Source: a candidate division WOR-3 bacterium (lineage in GTDB: Bacteria; Hydrothermota; Tepidihabitantia; Tepidihabitantales; Tepidihabitantaceae). From it: a stretch of DNA of 31,850 bases. The position numbers were made by a program, and so were the translations under genes. Below the pieces are notes generated by a model, which was not told the DNA's origin, did not search any database, and saw only the letters and a program-made list of their open reading frames with translations. Below, in pieces: positions 25,206-31,850 of this stretch. Position 1 is the stretch's first letter. Every line of letters begins with the position of its first letter. The DNA is taken from assembly GCA_965648935.1 (NCBI GenBank), contig CBFGIY010000021.1, positions 1 to 31,850 of the forward strand, read 5' to 3'.

Positions 25206-25313
25206 AACAGCTTCGTCAACGTTTACCACAACCACTATCCCGACACCTACTCGTACCACGGCTACTACTACCACTTCTTCTACTGCAGCATCACCGTCTT
25301 CATCATCGTCATC
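25206..25313 (+). repeat. NNC triplet-periodic tract
   Basis: 33 of 36 consecutive triplets end in C (aac agc ttc gtc aac gtt tac cac aac cac ... atc atc gtc atc). Confidence 0.7.
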
Positions 25314-25409
25314 ACGGACACGACGCTCCCGGCGAGCACCTTGATCATCACACCGTTGAGCGTCGACCGGCAGCGGTTTGCACCTGGCGTGTGGAAAGGT
25401 AACCAAATG

Positions 25410-25441
25410 TTGACTTTTGGCTGCAGTAAGACACAATGTCT
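25410..25441 (+). promoter_or_regulatory. leaderless abiE promoter with a short inverted repeat over the -10 box
   Basis: TTGACT-16 bp-CACAAT-6 nt-ATG. AGACA-caa-TGTCT at 25429-25441. Confidence 0.55.
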
Positions 25442-25443
25442 CT

Positions 25444-26052
25444 ATGGTGGAGCCGAAGTCTCCGCGGCAGCGTGTGATGAAGATCGCGTCTCGGACCGGA
25501 ATCGCCCGCTGGCGCGACTTCGTTGCGGCCGGCGCACACCCGGAGGTCGTGCGTCGGCTCCACAAGGAAGGTGTGCTAGTGAAGGTTGCTCGCGGCGTCT
25601 ATGCCCTGGCGGGGCACGACGGGGGAGAGAATCGTCAGCTTGCCGAAGCGGCCAAGCGCGTGCCCAGCGGTGTCGTATTCCTGCTGTCCGCCCTGAGATT
25701 CCACGGTCTCACCACACAGCAGCCGCACCGAATCTGGCTGGCGGTCGGTCGCACCGCGCGGCTCCCCAAGGCAACCGGTCTCCCCCTGCATGTACTCCGG
25801 CTGTCCGGCCCGGCGTACACCGAGGGTGTCGAGACGCACGAGGTTGAGGGCGTGCTGGTGAAGGTCTACTCGGTCGCCAAGACAGTCGCCGATTGTTTCA
25901 AGTACCGCAACAAGATCGGGCTCGACGTCGCGCTCGAGGCCCTGCGCGAGGCCAAGCGCGCCCGCCGGCTTGACACCGACGAACTCTGGCGTTTCGCCAA
26001 AGTCGACCGCGTTGCCAACGTGATGCGGCCATACCTCGAGGCCTTGGCGTGA
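25444..26052 (+). CDS. abiEi: type IV toxin-antitoxin AbiEi antitoxin / transcriptional regulator
   Basis: N-terminal wHTH (LVKVARGVY), LLSALRFHGLTTQ and VYSVAKTVADCFKYRNKIGLDVALEAL. Confidence 0.9.
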   Translation: MVEPKSPRQRVMKIASRTGIARWRDFVAAGAHPEVVRRLHKEGVLVKVARGVYALAGHDGGENRQLAEAAKRVPSGVVFLLSALRFHGLTTQQPHRIWLAVGRTARLPKATGLPLHVLRLSGPAYTEGVETHEVEGVLVKVYSVAKTVADCFKYRNKIGLDVALEALREAKRARRLDTDELWRFAKVDRVANVMRPYLEALA

Positions 26053-26993
26053 GCCGGCTTGAGCCGAAGAACCTCGCGGCATCGGTCAAGGCACGGTTGC
26101 GCGCCCTGGCTGACAAGAGGAGAGAAGTCTTCGATACCACGCTGGTGCGCTACGCCGGCGAGCGCCTGCTGTACCGGTTGAGTATGTCCAAGTGGCGCGA
26201 CCGGTTCGTCCTCAAGGGTGCGATGCTCTTTGCGGCGTGGGCCGACAAGCCGTATCGGCCGACGCGCGACGTGGACCTTCTGGGTCGGCTCGCCGCCGAC
26301 GCCGAAACCGTCGGCCGCGTGTTTCGTGACATCTGTGGAGTCGAGGTCGCCGCCGACGGTCTTGAGTTCGATGCCGAGTCGGTCAGGGTGGAGCAGACCC
26401 AGGCCGACGAGGAGTACGGCGGGTTCAGAGTGATGATGCAGGTACTGCTGGGAAAGGCCAAAGTCGACTTGCAGGTCGACATCGGCGTCGGCGACGCGGT
26501 CACGCCCAAACCCGAGCGCATCGACTACCCGACAATGCTCGACTTCCCGCAGCCGCGCCTGCTTGCCTACCCGGTCTCCACCTTCATCGCCGAGAAGTTT
26601 GAGGCGATGGTCGAGAAGGGGATTGTGAACGGCAGACTCAGAGACTACTACGACCTGTGGGTGTTGGCGGCGACGCGCGAGCTGGATGGGTCCAAGTTGT
26701 GCGCGGCAGTGAAGGCGACATTCGACCGACGCGCAACGCCCTTGCCGGTCGAGACTCCGGACGGGCTCAGCGACGAGTACGCCGCTGATGCCAGTCACGC
26801 TCGCCAGTGGCGGGAGTTGCCCGTCGCGGTCGAGATACAGCGTCCGCCGCTGCCCGAAGTCCTCGAAAAGCTCCGCCGCTTCCTCCTGCCTGTTTCCGCT
26901 GCAGCAGCGCAGGGCGCCCCATTTGCCCGCGTCTGGTTTCCATCTTCCGGCTGGCGCAAGCCGGACGCTGCCCGCGTACGCTTTGACATTTGA
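26049..26993 (+). CDS. abiEii: AbiEii/AbiGii nucleotidyltransferase toxin
   Basis: SVKARL, ERLLYRL, FVLKGA, RPTRDVDL, VDIGVGD, AEKFEA and RLRDYYD. GTGA overlap with the antitoxin. Confidence 0.9.
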   Translation: MSRLEPKNLAASVKARLRALADKRREVFDTTLVRYAGERLLYRLSMSKWRDRFVLKGAMLFAAWADKPYRPTRDVDLLGRLAADAETVGRVFRDICGVEVAADGLEFDAESVRVEQTQADEEYGGFRVMMQVLLGKAKVDLQVDIGVGDAVTPKPERIDYPTMLDFPQPRLLAYPVSTFIAEKFEAMVEKGIVNGRLRDYYDLWVLAATRELDGSKLCAAVKATFDRRATPLPVETPDGLSDEYAADASHARQWRELPVAVEIQRPPLPEVLEKLRRFLLPVSAAAAQGAPFARVWFPSSGWRKPDAARVRFDI

Positions 26994-27124
26994 CTTCTGC
27001 CCTTTGGCTTCTGACTTGATCCTCTGAGGTCCTTCGACTCGCTGCGCCCGCTCATGACACTCTCGTCCCTCCGGCGCTTCTGACTTGGTCCTCACGGGTC
27101 CTCTTGGGCTTTGGGGCTTGGGGT
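26982..27124. repeat. 7-mer array, 18-bp direct repeat and REP-like element
   Basis: TTTGACA TTTGACT TCTGCCC TTTGGCT TCTGACT. GCTTCTGACTTG(A/G)TCCTC at 27007-27024 and 27076-27093. GTCCTTCGACTCGCTGCGCCCGCTCATGACA at 27029-27059. Confidence 0.6.
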
Positions 27125-27180
27125 TACCGCCAAAGCCTGCGCGCCGCCATCAGCGCCTCGCGCGGAAGAGAGGCGTCCTC

Positions 27181-27208
27181 TTGACTCTTCGCCCTATGCT
27201 GCTAACTT
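27181..27208 (+). promoter_or_regulatory. tRNA promoter
   Basis: TTGACT-16 bp-TAACTT, ending 8 nt before the tRNA. Confidence 0.6.
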
Positions 27209-27216
27209 TGGCGGAA

Positions 27217-27290
27217 GGGCCCGTAGCTCAGTTGGTCAGAGCAGCTGACTCATAATCAGCCGGTCGTCCGTTCGACCCGGACCGGGCCCA
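27217..27290 (+). tRNA. tRNA with CAT anticodon, most likely tRNA-Ile2 (lysidine); CCA not encoded
   Basis: Cloverleaf: acceptor GGGCCCG/CGGGCCC, D arm GCTC/GAGC, anticodon arm GCTGA-CTCATAA-TCAGC, T arm GTCCG-TTCGACC-CGGAC, discriminator A. C4:G69 and C5:G68 favour Ile2. Confidence 0.93.
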
Positions 27291-27536
27291 CTCCATCTGC
27301 CGCCGCTCATTGTGGAGCGTGCGGACACGACACCCAAACCGGGTTTCACAGTCTCTTGAGAATCAGCTGCCTGGTCTGCACCGCGAATGAAAGCGGGCCG
27401 GGCGGCCGGGCAGGAGAGGGATTTCTCCAATCGGCCGAGGACGGCCTCCGTCGAAATGATACCATAGGGGCCTGAGAGCATCGTCCTGCGTAATGATGTG
27501 CGGTAGAATCTGCGCAGGACATACAGGAGGTCCACT

Positions 27537-28583
27537 ATGGATGAAGCACAGGTTTCCAAGGACACTGCGGTCTATGTCGGCGTTGACCTGCACCGGCGCT
27601 ACTCGACCGTGGTCCGCAAGGACAGCATGGGCAACGTCCTCGAAACGACCCGGCGCGTCAATCACACGCCCGACGAGTTGGCCGAGTTCGTCGCTTCGCT
27701 GGATGCCGATTGCCGTGTTGCGGTTGAAGCCACCGGTAACTGGTACCACTTCTACGAGACGGTCGAAGCAACCGGCGCCCAGGTCGCGCTCTGCCATCCG
27801 CTGAAGACCCGCGCCATCGCCTCGGCCCGCATCATGACCGACAGCATCAGCGCCGACACGCTGGCCGACCTTCTGCGCTGCAACCTGCTGCCCAAGGCCT
27901 ACGTCCCGGGCATGCCGACCCGGGACCTGCGGGAGGTGCTGCGTTACCGGGCGGCGCTGGTCATGATGACGACGCAGGTGCGCAGCCGGCTGCGCGCGGT
28001 GCTGGCCAAGAACGGCCTGGACTGCCCGTACAAAGACATCCTCGGTCCGAGCAGCCGCCGGTTCCTGGCGGCGGCAGAGTTGCGCGACAGCTACCGGATG
28101 GAGGTCGACGGCCTGTTGCGCCTCGGCCAGCACTTCGTTGCCGAGACCGAGCGGGTGCAGCATCACATCGACCTGCTGGCGGAGCAGGACGAGCGGGCGC
28201 AGTTGCTGCTGACCATCCCCGGTGTCGGGCCGTACACGGCACTGCTGGTGCTGGCCGAGATCGGCGACATCAGCCGTTTCCCTTCGGCCGGCCACCTGGC
28301 GTCCTATGCCGGGCTGGTGCCGTCGGTCCACGCCTCGGGCGGCCACACCCGGCTCGGTCACATCACCAAGGAGGGCAATCGTTACATCCGCTGGGCGCTG
28401 GTCGAAGCGGCCTGCAAGTCGCCGAGCAAGGACTACCGGCTCGGGTGTTTCTACCGGCGGCTGGCGGCACGGCGCGGACCGCTCAAGGCGCGGGTGGCGG
28501 TGGCGCGCAAGCTGCTCGTGGCGGTGTGGCACGTGCTGACGCGCTATGAACCTTACATGGCAACAAAGTCCCCGACAGTCTGA
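27537..28583 (+). CDS. IS110 family transposase/recombinase
   Basis: VGVDLH, VEATG, TD, LLTIPGVG, YAGLVPSVHASGG (catalytic Ser loop), GHITKEGN and VAVARKL. RBS AGGAGG. Confidence 0.95.
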   Translation: MDEAQVSKDTAVYVGVDLHRRYSTVVRKDSMGNVLETTRRVNHTPDELAEFVASLDADCRVAVEATGNWYHFYETVEATGAQVALCHPLKTRAIASARIMTDSISADTLADLLRCNLLPKAYVPGMPTRDLREVLRYRAALVMMTTQVRSRLRAVLAKNGLDCPYKDILGPSSRRFLAAAELRDSYRMEVDGLLRLGQHFVAETERVQHHIDLLAEQDERAQLLLTIPGVGPYTALLVLAEIGDISRFPSAGHLASYAGLVPSVHASGGHTRLGHITKEGNRYIRWALVEAACKSPSKDYRLGCFYRRLAARRGPLKARVAVARKLLVAVWHVLTRYEPYMATKSPTV

Positions 28584-28714
28584 GCAAGCCCGGACGGGAC
28601 GCTGGCCGGGAACGAACAGCCGAGGGTAAGAATGGGAAGCTCAGGCTCGGATATCAATGTGTGCCACTGCCAAGGCGAATAGAAGCTTGAGACGAATGTC
28701 TGACGGGAACAGAC
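28581..28714 (+). ncRNA. predicted bridge/seek RNA with target- and donor-binding loops
   Basis: Two stem-internal-loop-stem modules whose loop strands match the right flank, the right end and (6/7) the left end of the element. Terminal GTCTG/CAGAC hairpin. Confidence 0.65.
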
Positions 28715-28989
28715 CGAACCGCTCCAGGAGAACTATCGAACCCCAAACTTAACACGAGGCTCTTCATAGAAGTGTCCCTGAGATCAATCGAAATTCTGAA
28801 ATCCCAGTCGGAATCAGCAAGACAGCCCGCATCCTGGGAGTGGCGTCCAACACACTCCGCAGCCGAATCATGGAGACGCCGGCAGCGCAGTAATGAGGCA
28901 TCCGTCCGCACACGCCGCGGAGCACGTCGCCTCCTTGACTAATGACCCGGGCTCGGGCATTATCGACACTCGGCTAGCCAGCACTTACT

Positions 28990-31850
28990 ATGGCACTTGA
29001 TGTATTCCGATTCTGCGGGGACGTGGTTGACGACTACGCCTCCTATGTCCGTGGTTTCCTGGCTATCCGTGACCCGAGAATCGACGCGTGCGTTGAGCAG
29101 TCGCTGGCTTCCGGCGTCCTGTGGCCGGAGCCGCTGATTCAGGTCAACCCAGCATTTGAGTCGGGTGGGACAGTCGAAGCCCTCTGTCAGGCAGGGCTGC
29201 TTCATCCGACCTGTGACCGCATCTTCCGCCGCAACAACCGCACATTCACCCTGTACCGCCACCAGGAAGAGGCCATCCGTCATGTTACTTCCGGCAGGGA
29301 TGTCGTTCTCACATCGGGAACCGGCTCCGGGAAGAGCCTCGCGTATCTCATTCCCATCTTCGACTTCATCCTCAAGAACCCTGCTTCCAGTCCGCGAGTC
29401 CGCGCCATCATCGTCTATCCGATGAACGCGCTGGTAAACTCGCAGCAATCGGCAATCGACGACCTACTCAGTACATTCGGAACCGGTAAGCCGCCCATCG
29501 TCGTGAAGACCTACACGGGGCAGCAGTCATGGGAAGAGAAGAAAGACATCCGCGCAAATCCGCCCGATGTCATTCTGACCAACTATGTGATGCTGGAGTA
29601 CATGCTGGCACGTCCCGAGGAGCGTCACTTCACGGACAAAGCCGCGGCCGACCTGCGTTTTGTAGTGCTCGACGAGCTGCACACCTATCGCGGTCGCCAA
29701 GGTGCCGACGTGGCCCTTCTTCTCCGTCGGCTGCGTGAACGCTCCGGCCGTCCGACTCTCAGGTGCGTTGGTACCAGCGCGACGCTGGCTTCCGGAGGCA
29801 CCCGGCAGGAGCGTCGCACGGCGATTGCCGAGTCTGCCACCAAGCTCTTCGGCGTCCCGCTAGAACCCGATGATGTTATCGAGGAGACGCTGCGGCGGTC
29901 GTGCGACTCGGCGGTCGATGCCGGTCCGGAGGCACTCGCCCGGGCCGTCGTGAACCCGCCAGCACCCGGGGCTAGAGCCGGCGACCTGGCGGTGCATCCA
30001 TTGGTTGCCTGGATAGAGACAGTCCTTGGTCTCCACGAGGAAGACGGCGTCCTTCGTCGGCGTCATCCGGTCACGCTGCAAACTGCAGCCAAGCTGCTGG
30101 CCGAGGCCAGTCGGCTTGCTGTTGACGCGGTGGCTGAGCCGCTGAAGCGAACGCTGTTGCTGTGCGGGACCGCGACCTCAGATGCGACCGGACCGTTCTT
30201 GGCCGTCAAACTCCACCAATTCATCGCGCAGGGCGACTCAGCCTATGCCACTCTCGAACCTGCGGACAAGCGCCTGATAACCTTGGACGCGGGCTACCGA
30301 GCGCCGGGCGAAGACCGTGAACGGTTGCTCTATCCGATTAGCTTCTGTCGTGAGTGCGGGCAGGAGTATTATCTGGCCGACTTCGACGAGGCAAAACGCA
30401 CCCTGCTTCCTCGGGCGACCGACGCGCCCAAGCGCCTGCCCGGCGACCCGGTGCGTGATGGCTACTTCCTGGTTGATTCCGACTCTGCCAATCCCGTATG
30501 GAGCGAGGAGCACGAGGACCAACTCCCGGACTACTGGTTTCGACCGACGCGCAGCGGCAGAGCGATTCTGTCACAGCACAAGGCCAAGCTGCCCAGACAC
30601 CTGACCTGCCGTGCTGATGGCGCTGTGGCTTCCGAGTCCGGCCCGGGTACAGTCGACGGCTGGTTCATGCCGAGCCCGTTCCCTGTCTGCCTCTTCTGCG
30701 GCGCCGCCTACACCGGTCGAGACAGGAAAGACTTCAAGAAACTCGCTCGTCTGAGCAGCGAAGGTCGAAGCACTGCGACGACTATTCTGACCATATCGGC
30801 TTTGGCTCGGATGCGACAGGCCGGAATGGCGGATGCGGCCCGCAAGCTGCTCAGCTTCACGGACAACTTGCAGGATGCTTCCCTCCAGGCGGGACATCTG
30901 AACGACTTCGTGAACGTCGCGCTCCTGCGGTCAGCGGTCTGGAGAGCACTGGAAGCGGCCCCAGAACACACTCTGGACCACGCGAGCATCGTGCCGCAGG
31001 TCACAACAGCCCTCGACCTGCCTCAGGAGGAGTACGCCAAAGAGGTCGGTCGGACCGACTCGGCGGAGCGCCACAACCGCGAGACCATTGAGCGACTCGT
31101 CGAGTACTACGTGCTGACCGACCTGCGCCGGGGATGGCGCGTCGTACAGCCCAACCTTGAGCAGTGTGGCCTCCTGAACATCGAATACCGTGGCCTACGC
31201 GAGGCGTGTGAGGACGACTCGCAGTGGCAGTCGCACACGCTTCTGGCAGGCTGCCCGGCTGAACAGCGATACAGAGCCGTGCGCGGATTCCTCGACCATC
31301 TCCGGCGGGAGCTAGCCTTGGACGCCCACAGCCTGTCTGAGACAGGACAGAAGGAGATGAAGCGTCGCGTCATTGCTGCCCTCAAAGAGCCTTGGACCTT
31401 TGACGACGACGAGCATCTTCGTGCAGCGACACGCTTCAGCCTGTCGTACGATGCACCGCAGTCCCGGGGCACGAGTCTCGGTCCACGCAGTGTCATTGGT
31501 CGCTACCTGCGCAATCAGGAGACCTGGCCGGGTCTCTCGTCCAAGCTAAGCGAGGCGGACTACCCGTTGTTGCTGAGAGTGCTAATTGATGTACTCCGTG
31601 GCGCCGGCCTCCTCCATCGTTTTGAGGACCGGGGCCTTGAGTACGTGCAACTCCGCGTCGATTCTCTGTTCTGGGTCCAGGGCACGGGGCAGGCCCCCGA
31701 ACCTGACCCGGTGAGGAGTCTTTGGGTCGAAACCCCGCGCTCCTCCGAGGTCGAGCGTCGAGTGAACACCTACTTTCGGGACTTCTACCGCCGACCGGTC
31801 GAGGGATTGCGTTCCGTGGTCGGTCGCGAGCACACCAGCCACACGGATAA
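28990..31850 (+). CDS. large DEAD/DEAH-box SF2 helicase (DUF1998-associated, DrmA/DruE/YprA-like), 3'-truncated by the window; absent from the ORF track
   Basis: Read by hand: MALDVFRF..DYASYV..LWPEPLIQVNPAF, LYRHQ, SGTGSGKS (29314-29337), YPMNALVNSQ, TNYVMLE, DELHTYRGRQGADV (29671), TSAT, CRECG, CLFCG, SEGRSTATT, FTDNLQDASLQAG and REHT at the window end. Confidence 0.9.
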   Translation, partial: MALDVFRFCGDVVDDYASYVRGFLAIRDPRIDACVEQSLASGVLWPEPLIQVNPAFESGGTVEALCQAGLLHPTCDRIFRRNNRTFTLYRHQEEAIRHVTSGRDVVLTSGTGSGKSLAYLIPIFDFILKNPASSPRVRAIIVYPMNALVNSQQSAIDDLLSTFGTGKPPIVVKTYTGQQSWEEKKDIRANPPDVILTNYVMLEYMLARPEERHFTDKAAADLRFVVLDELHTYRGRQGADVALLLRRLRERSGRPTLRCVGTSATLASGGTRQERRTAIAESATKLFGVPLEPDDVIEETLRRSCDSAVDAGPEALARAVVNPPAPGARAGDLAVHPLVAWIETVLGLHEEDGVLRRRHPVTLQTAAKLLAEASRLAVDAVAEPLKRTLLLCGTATSDATGPFLAVKLHQFIAQGDSAYATLEPADKRLITLDAGYRAPGEDRERLLYPISFCRECGQEYYLADFDEAKRTLLPRATDAPKRLPGDPVRDGYFLVDSDSANPVWSEEHEDQLPDYWFRPTRSGRAILSQHKAKLPRHLTCRADGAVASESGPGTVDGWFMPSPFPVCLFCGAAYTGRDRKDFKKLARLSSEGRSTATTILTISALARMRQAGMADAARKLLSFTDNLQDASLQAGHLNDFVNVALLRSAVWRALEAAPEHTLDHASIVPQVTTALDLPQEEYAKEVGRTDSAERHNRETIERLVEYYVLTDLRRGWRVVQPNLEQCGLLNIEYRGLREACEDDSQWQSHTLLAGCPAEQRYRAVRGFLDHLRRELALDAHSLSETGQKEMKRRVIAALKEPWTFDDDEHLRAATRFSLSYDAPQSRGTSLGPRSVIGRYLRNQETWPGLSSKLSEADYPLLLRVLIDVLRGAGLLHRFEDRGLEYVQLRVDSLFWVQGTGQAPEPDPVRSLWVETPRSSEVERRVNTYFRDFYRRPVEGLRSVVGREHTSHTD

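Larger units (their letters stand above)
27457..28772 (+). mobile_element. IS110-family, IS1111-group insertion sequence
   Basis: Transposase with a long non-coding 3' end. Imperfect sub-terminal IRs ATAGGGGCCT (27464-27473, 7 nt in) and AGGCTCTTCAT (28757-28767, 3 nt before the AG core). The left boundary is less certain than the right. Confidence 0.7.

Noticed and set aside
25101..25847. 248-aa ORF as a DGR target gene
   Set aside because: It overlaps abiEi out of frame, has no recognisable CLec or Ig fold, and the NNC tract is not at its C-terminus. No RT is in the window.
25866..27095. 409-aa minus-strand ORF and other long antisense ORFs (698-1645, 3672-5126, 5750-7024, 11511-12680, 27363-28532)
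   Set aside because: These are antisense shadows of well-supported genes in GC-rich DNA.
27217..27290. Initiator tRNA-fMet
   Set aside because: G1:C72 is paired and the anticodon stem lacks the three consecutive G:C pairs. Elongator Met is not fully excluded.
27291..27536. Bridge RNA in the left end of the IS (IS621-like layout)
   Set aside because: Hairpins exist, for example GTCCTGCG/CGCAGGAC, but the guide matches to the ends and flank are all in the 3' non-coding region.
28749..28772. Junction promoter formed on IS circularisation (TTAACA as -35)
   Set aside because: With the proposed junction, the best -10 (TACCAT) falls 21 bp away, which is not a convincing spacing.
27291..28989. Integrase next to the tRNA
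   Set aside because: No tyrosine or serine integrase ORF is visible, so island status rests on composition and gene content only.
31848..31850. TAA at the very end of the window as the helicase stop
   Set aside because: It is out of frame. The frame reads ...cac acg gat aa, so the gene continues.

Overview
GC-rich bacterial chromosomal segment. The Kelch-like KGYKT/KGNKT propeller protein with a C-terminal sorting-type tail and the 7-mer intergenic repeats resemble candidate phylum WOR-3 genomes (inference only). Bases 1-19.6 kb are mostly housekeeping genes: a Mut7-C RNase-like protein, a histidine ammonia-lyase with an Ala-Cys-Gly cofactor triad, cupin, HD, EndoQ-like, HIT, HAD, acpS, topA, DUF296, acpP, fabF, an orphan etfB, coaE, a PyrE-like fusion, an HNH-like protein, hisS, an orphan V-ATPase D, a flavoprotein and an AlkP-methyltransferase fusion. 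Bases 19.6-25.4 kb hold a secreted fibre/propeller gene pair lying between two oppositely oriented, highly degenerate 12-nt-period arrays, plus a perfect 22-bp palindrome and an NNC triplet tract. An AbiE toxin-antitoxin pair and tRNA-Ile2(CAT) follow. Beyond the tRNA is a probable defence island with an IS1111-type IS110 element, whose downstream bridge RNA guides can largely be read against its own ends and right flank, and a large SF2 helicase that the ORF track missed because it runs off the window. Many promoters are TTGACN-16/17-TANNNT, and several transcripts look leaderless.
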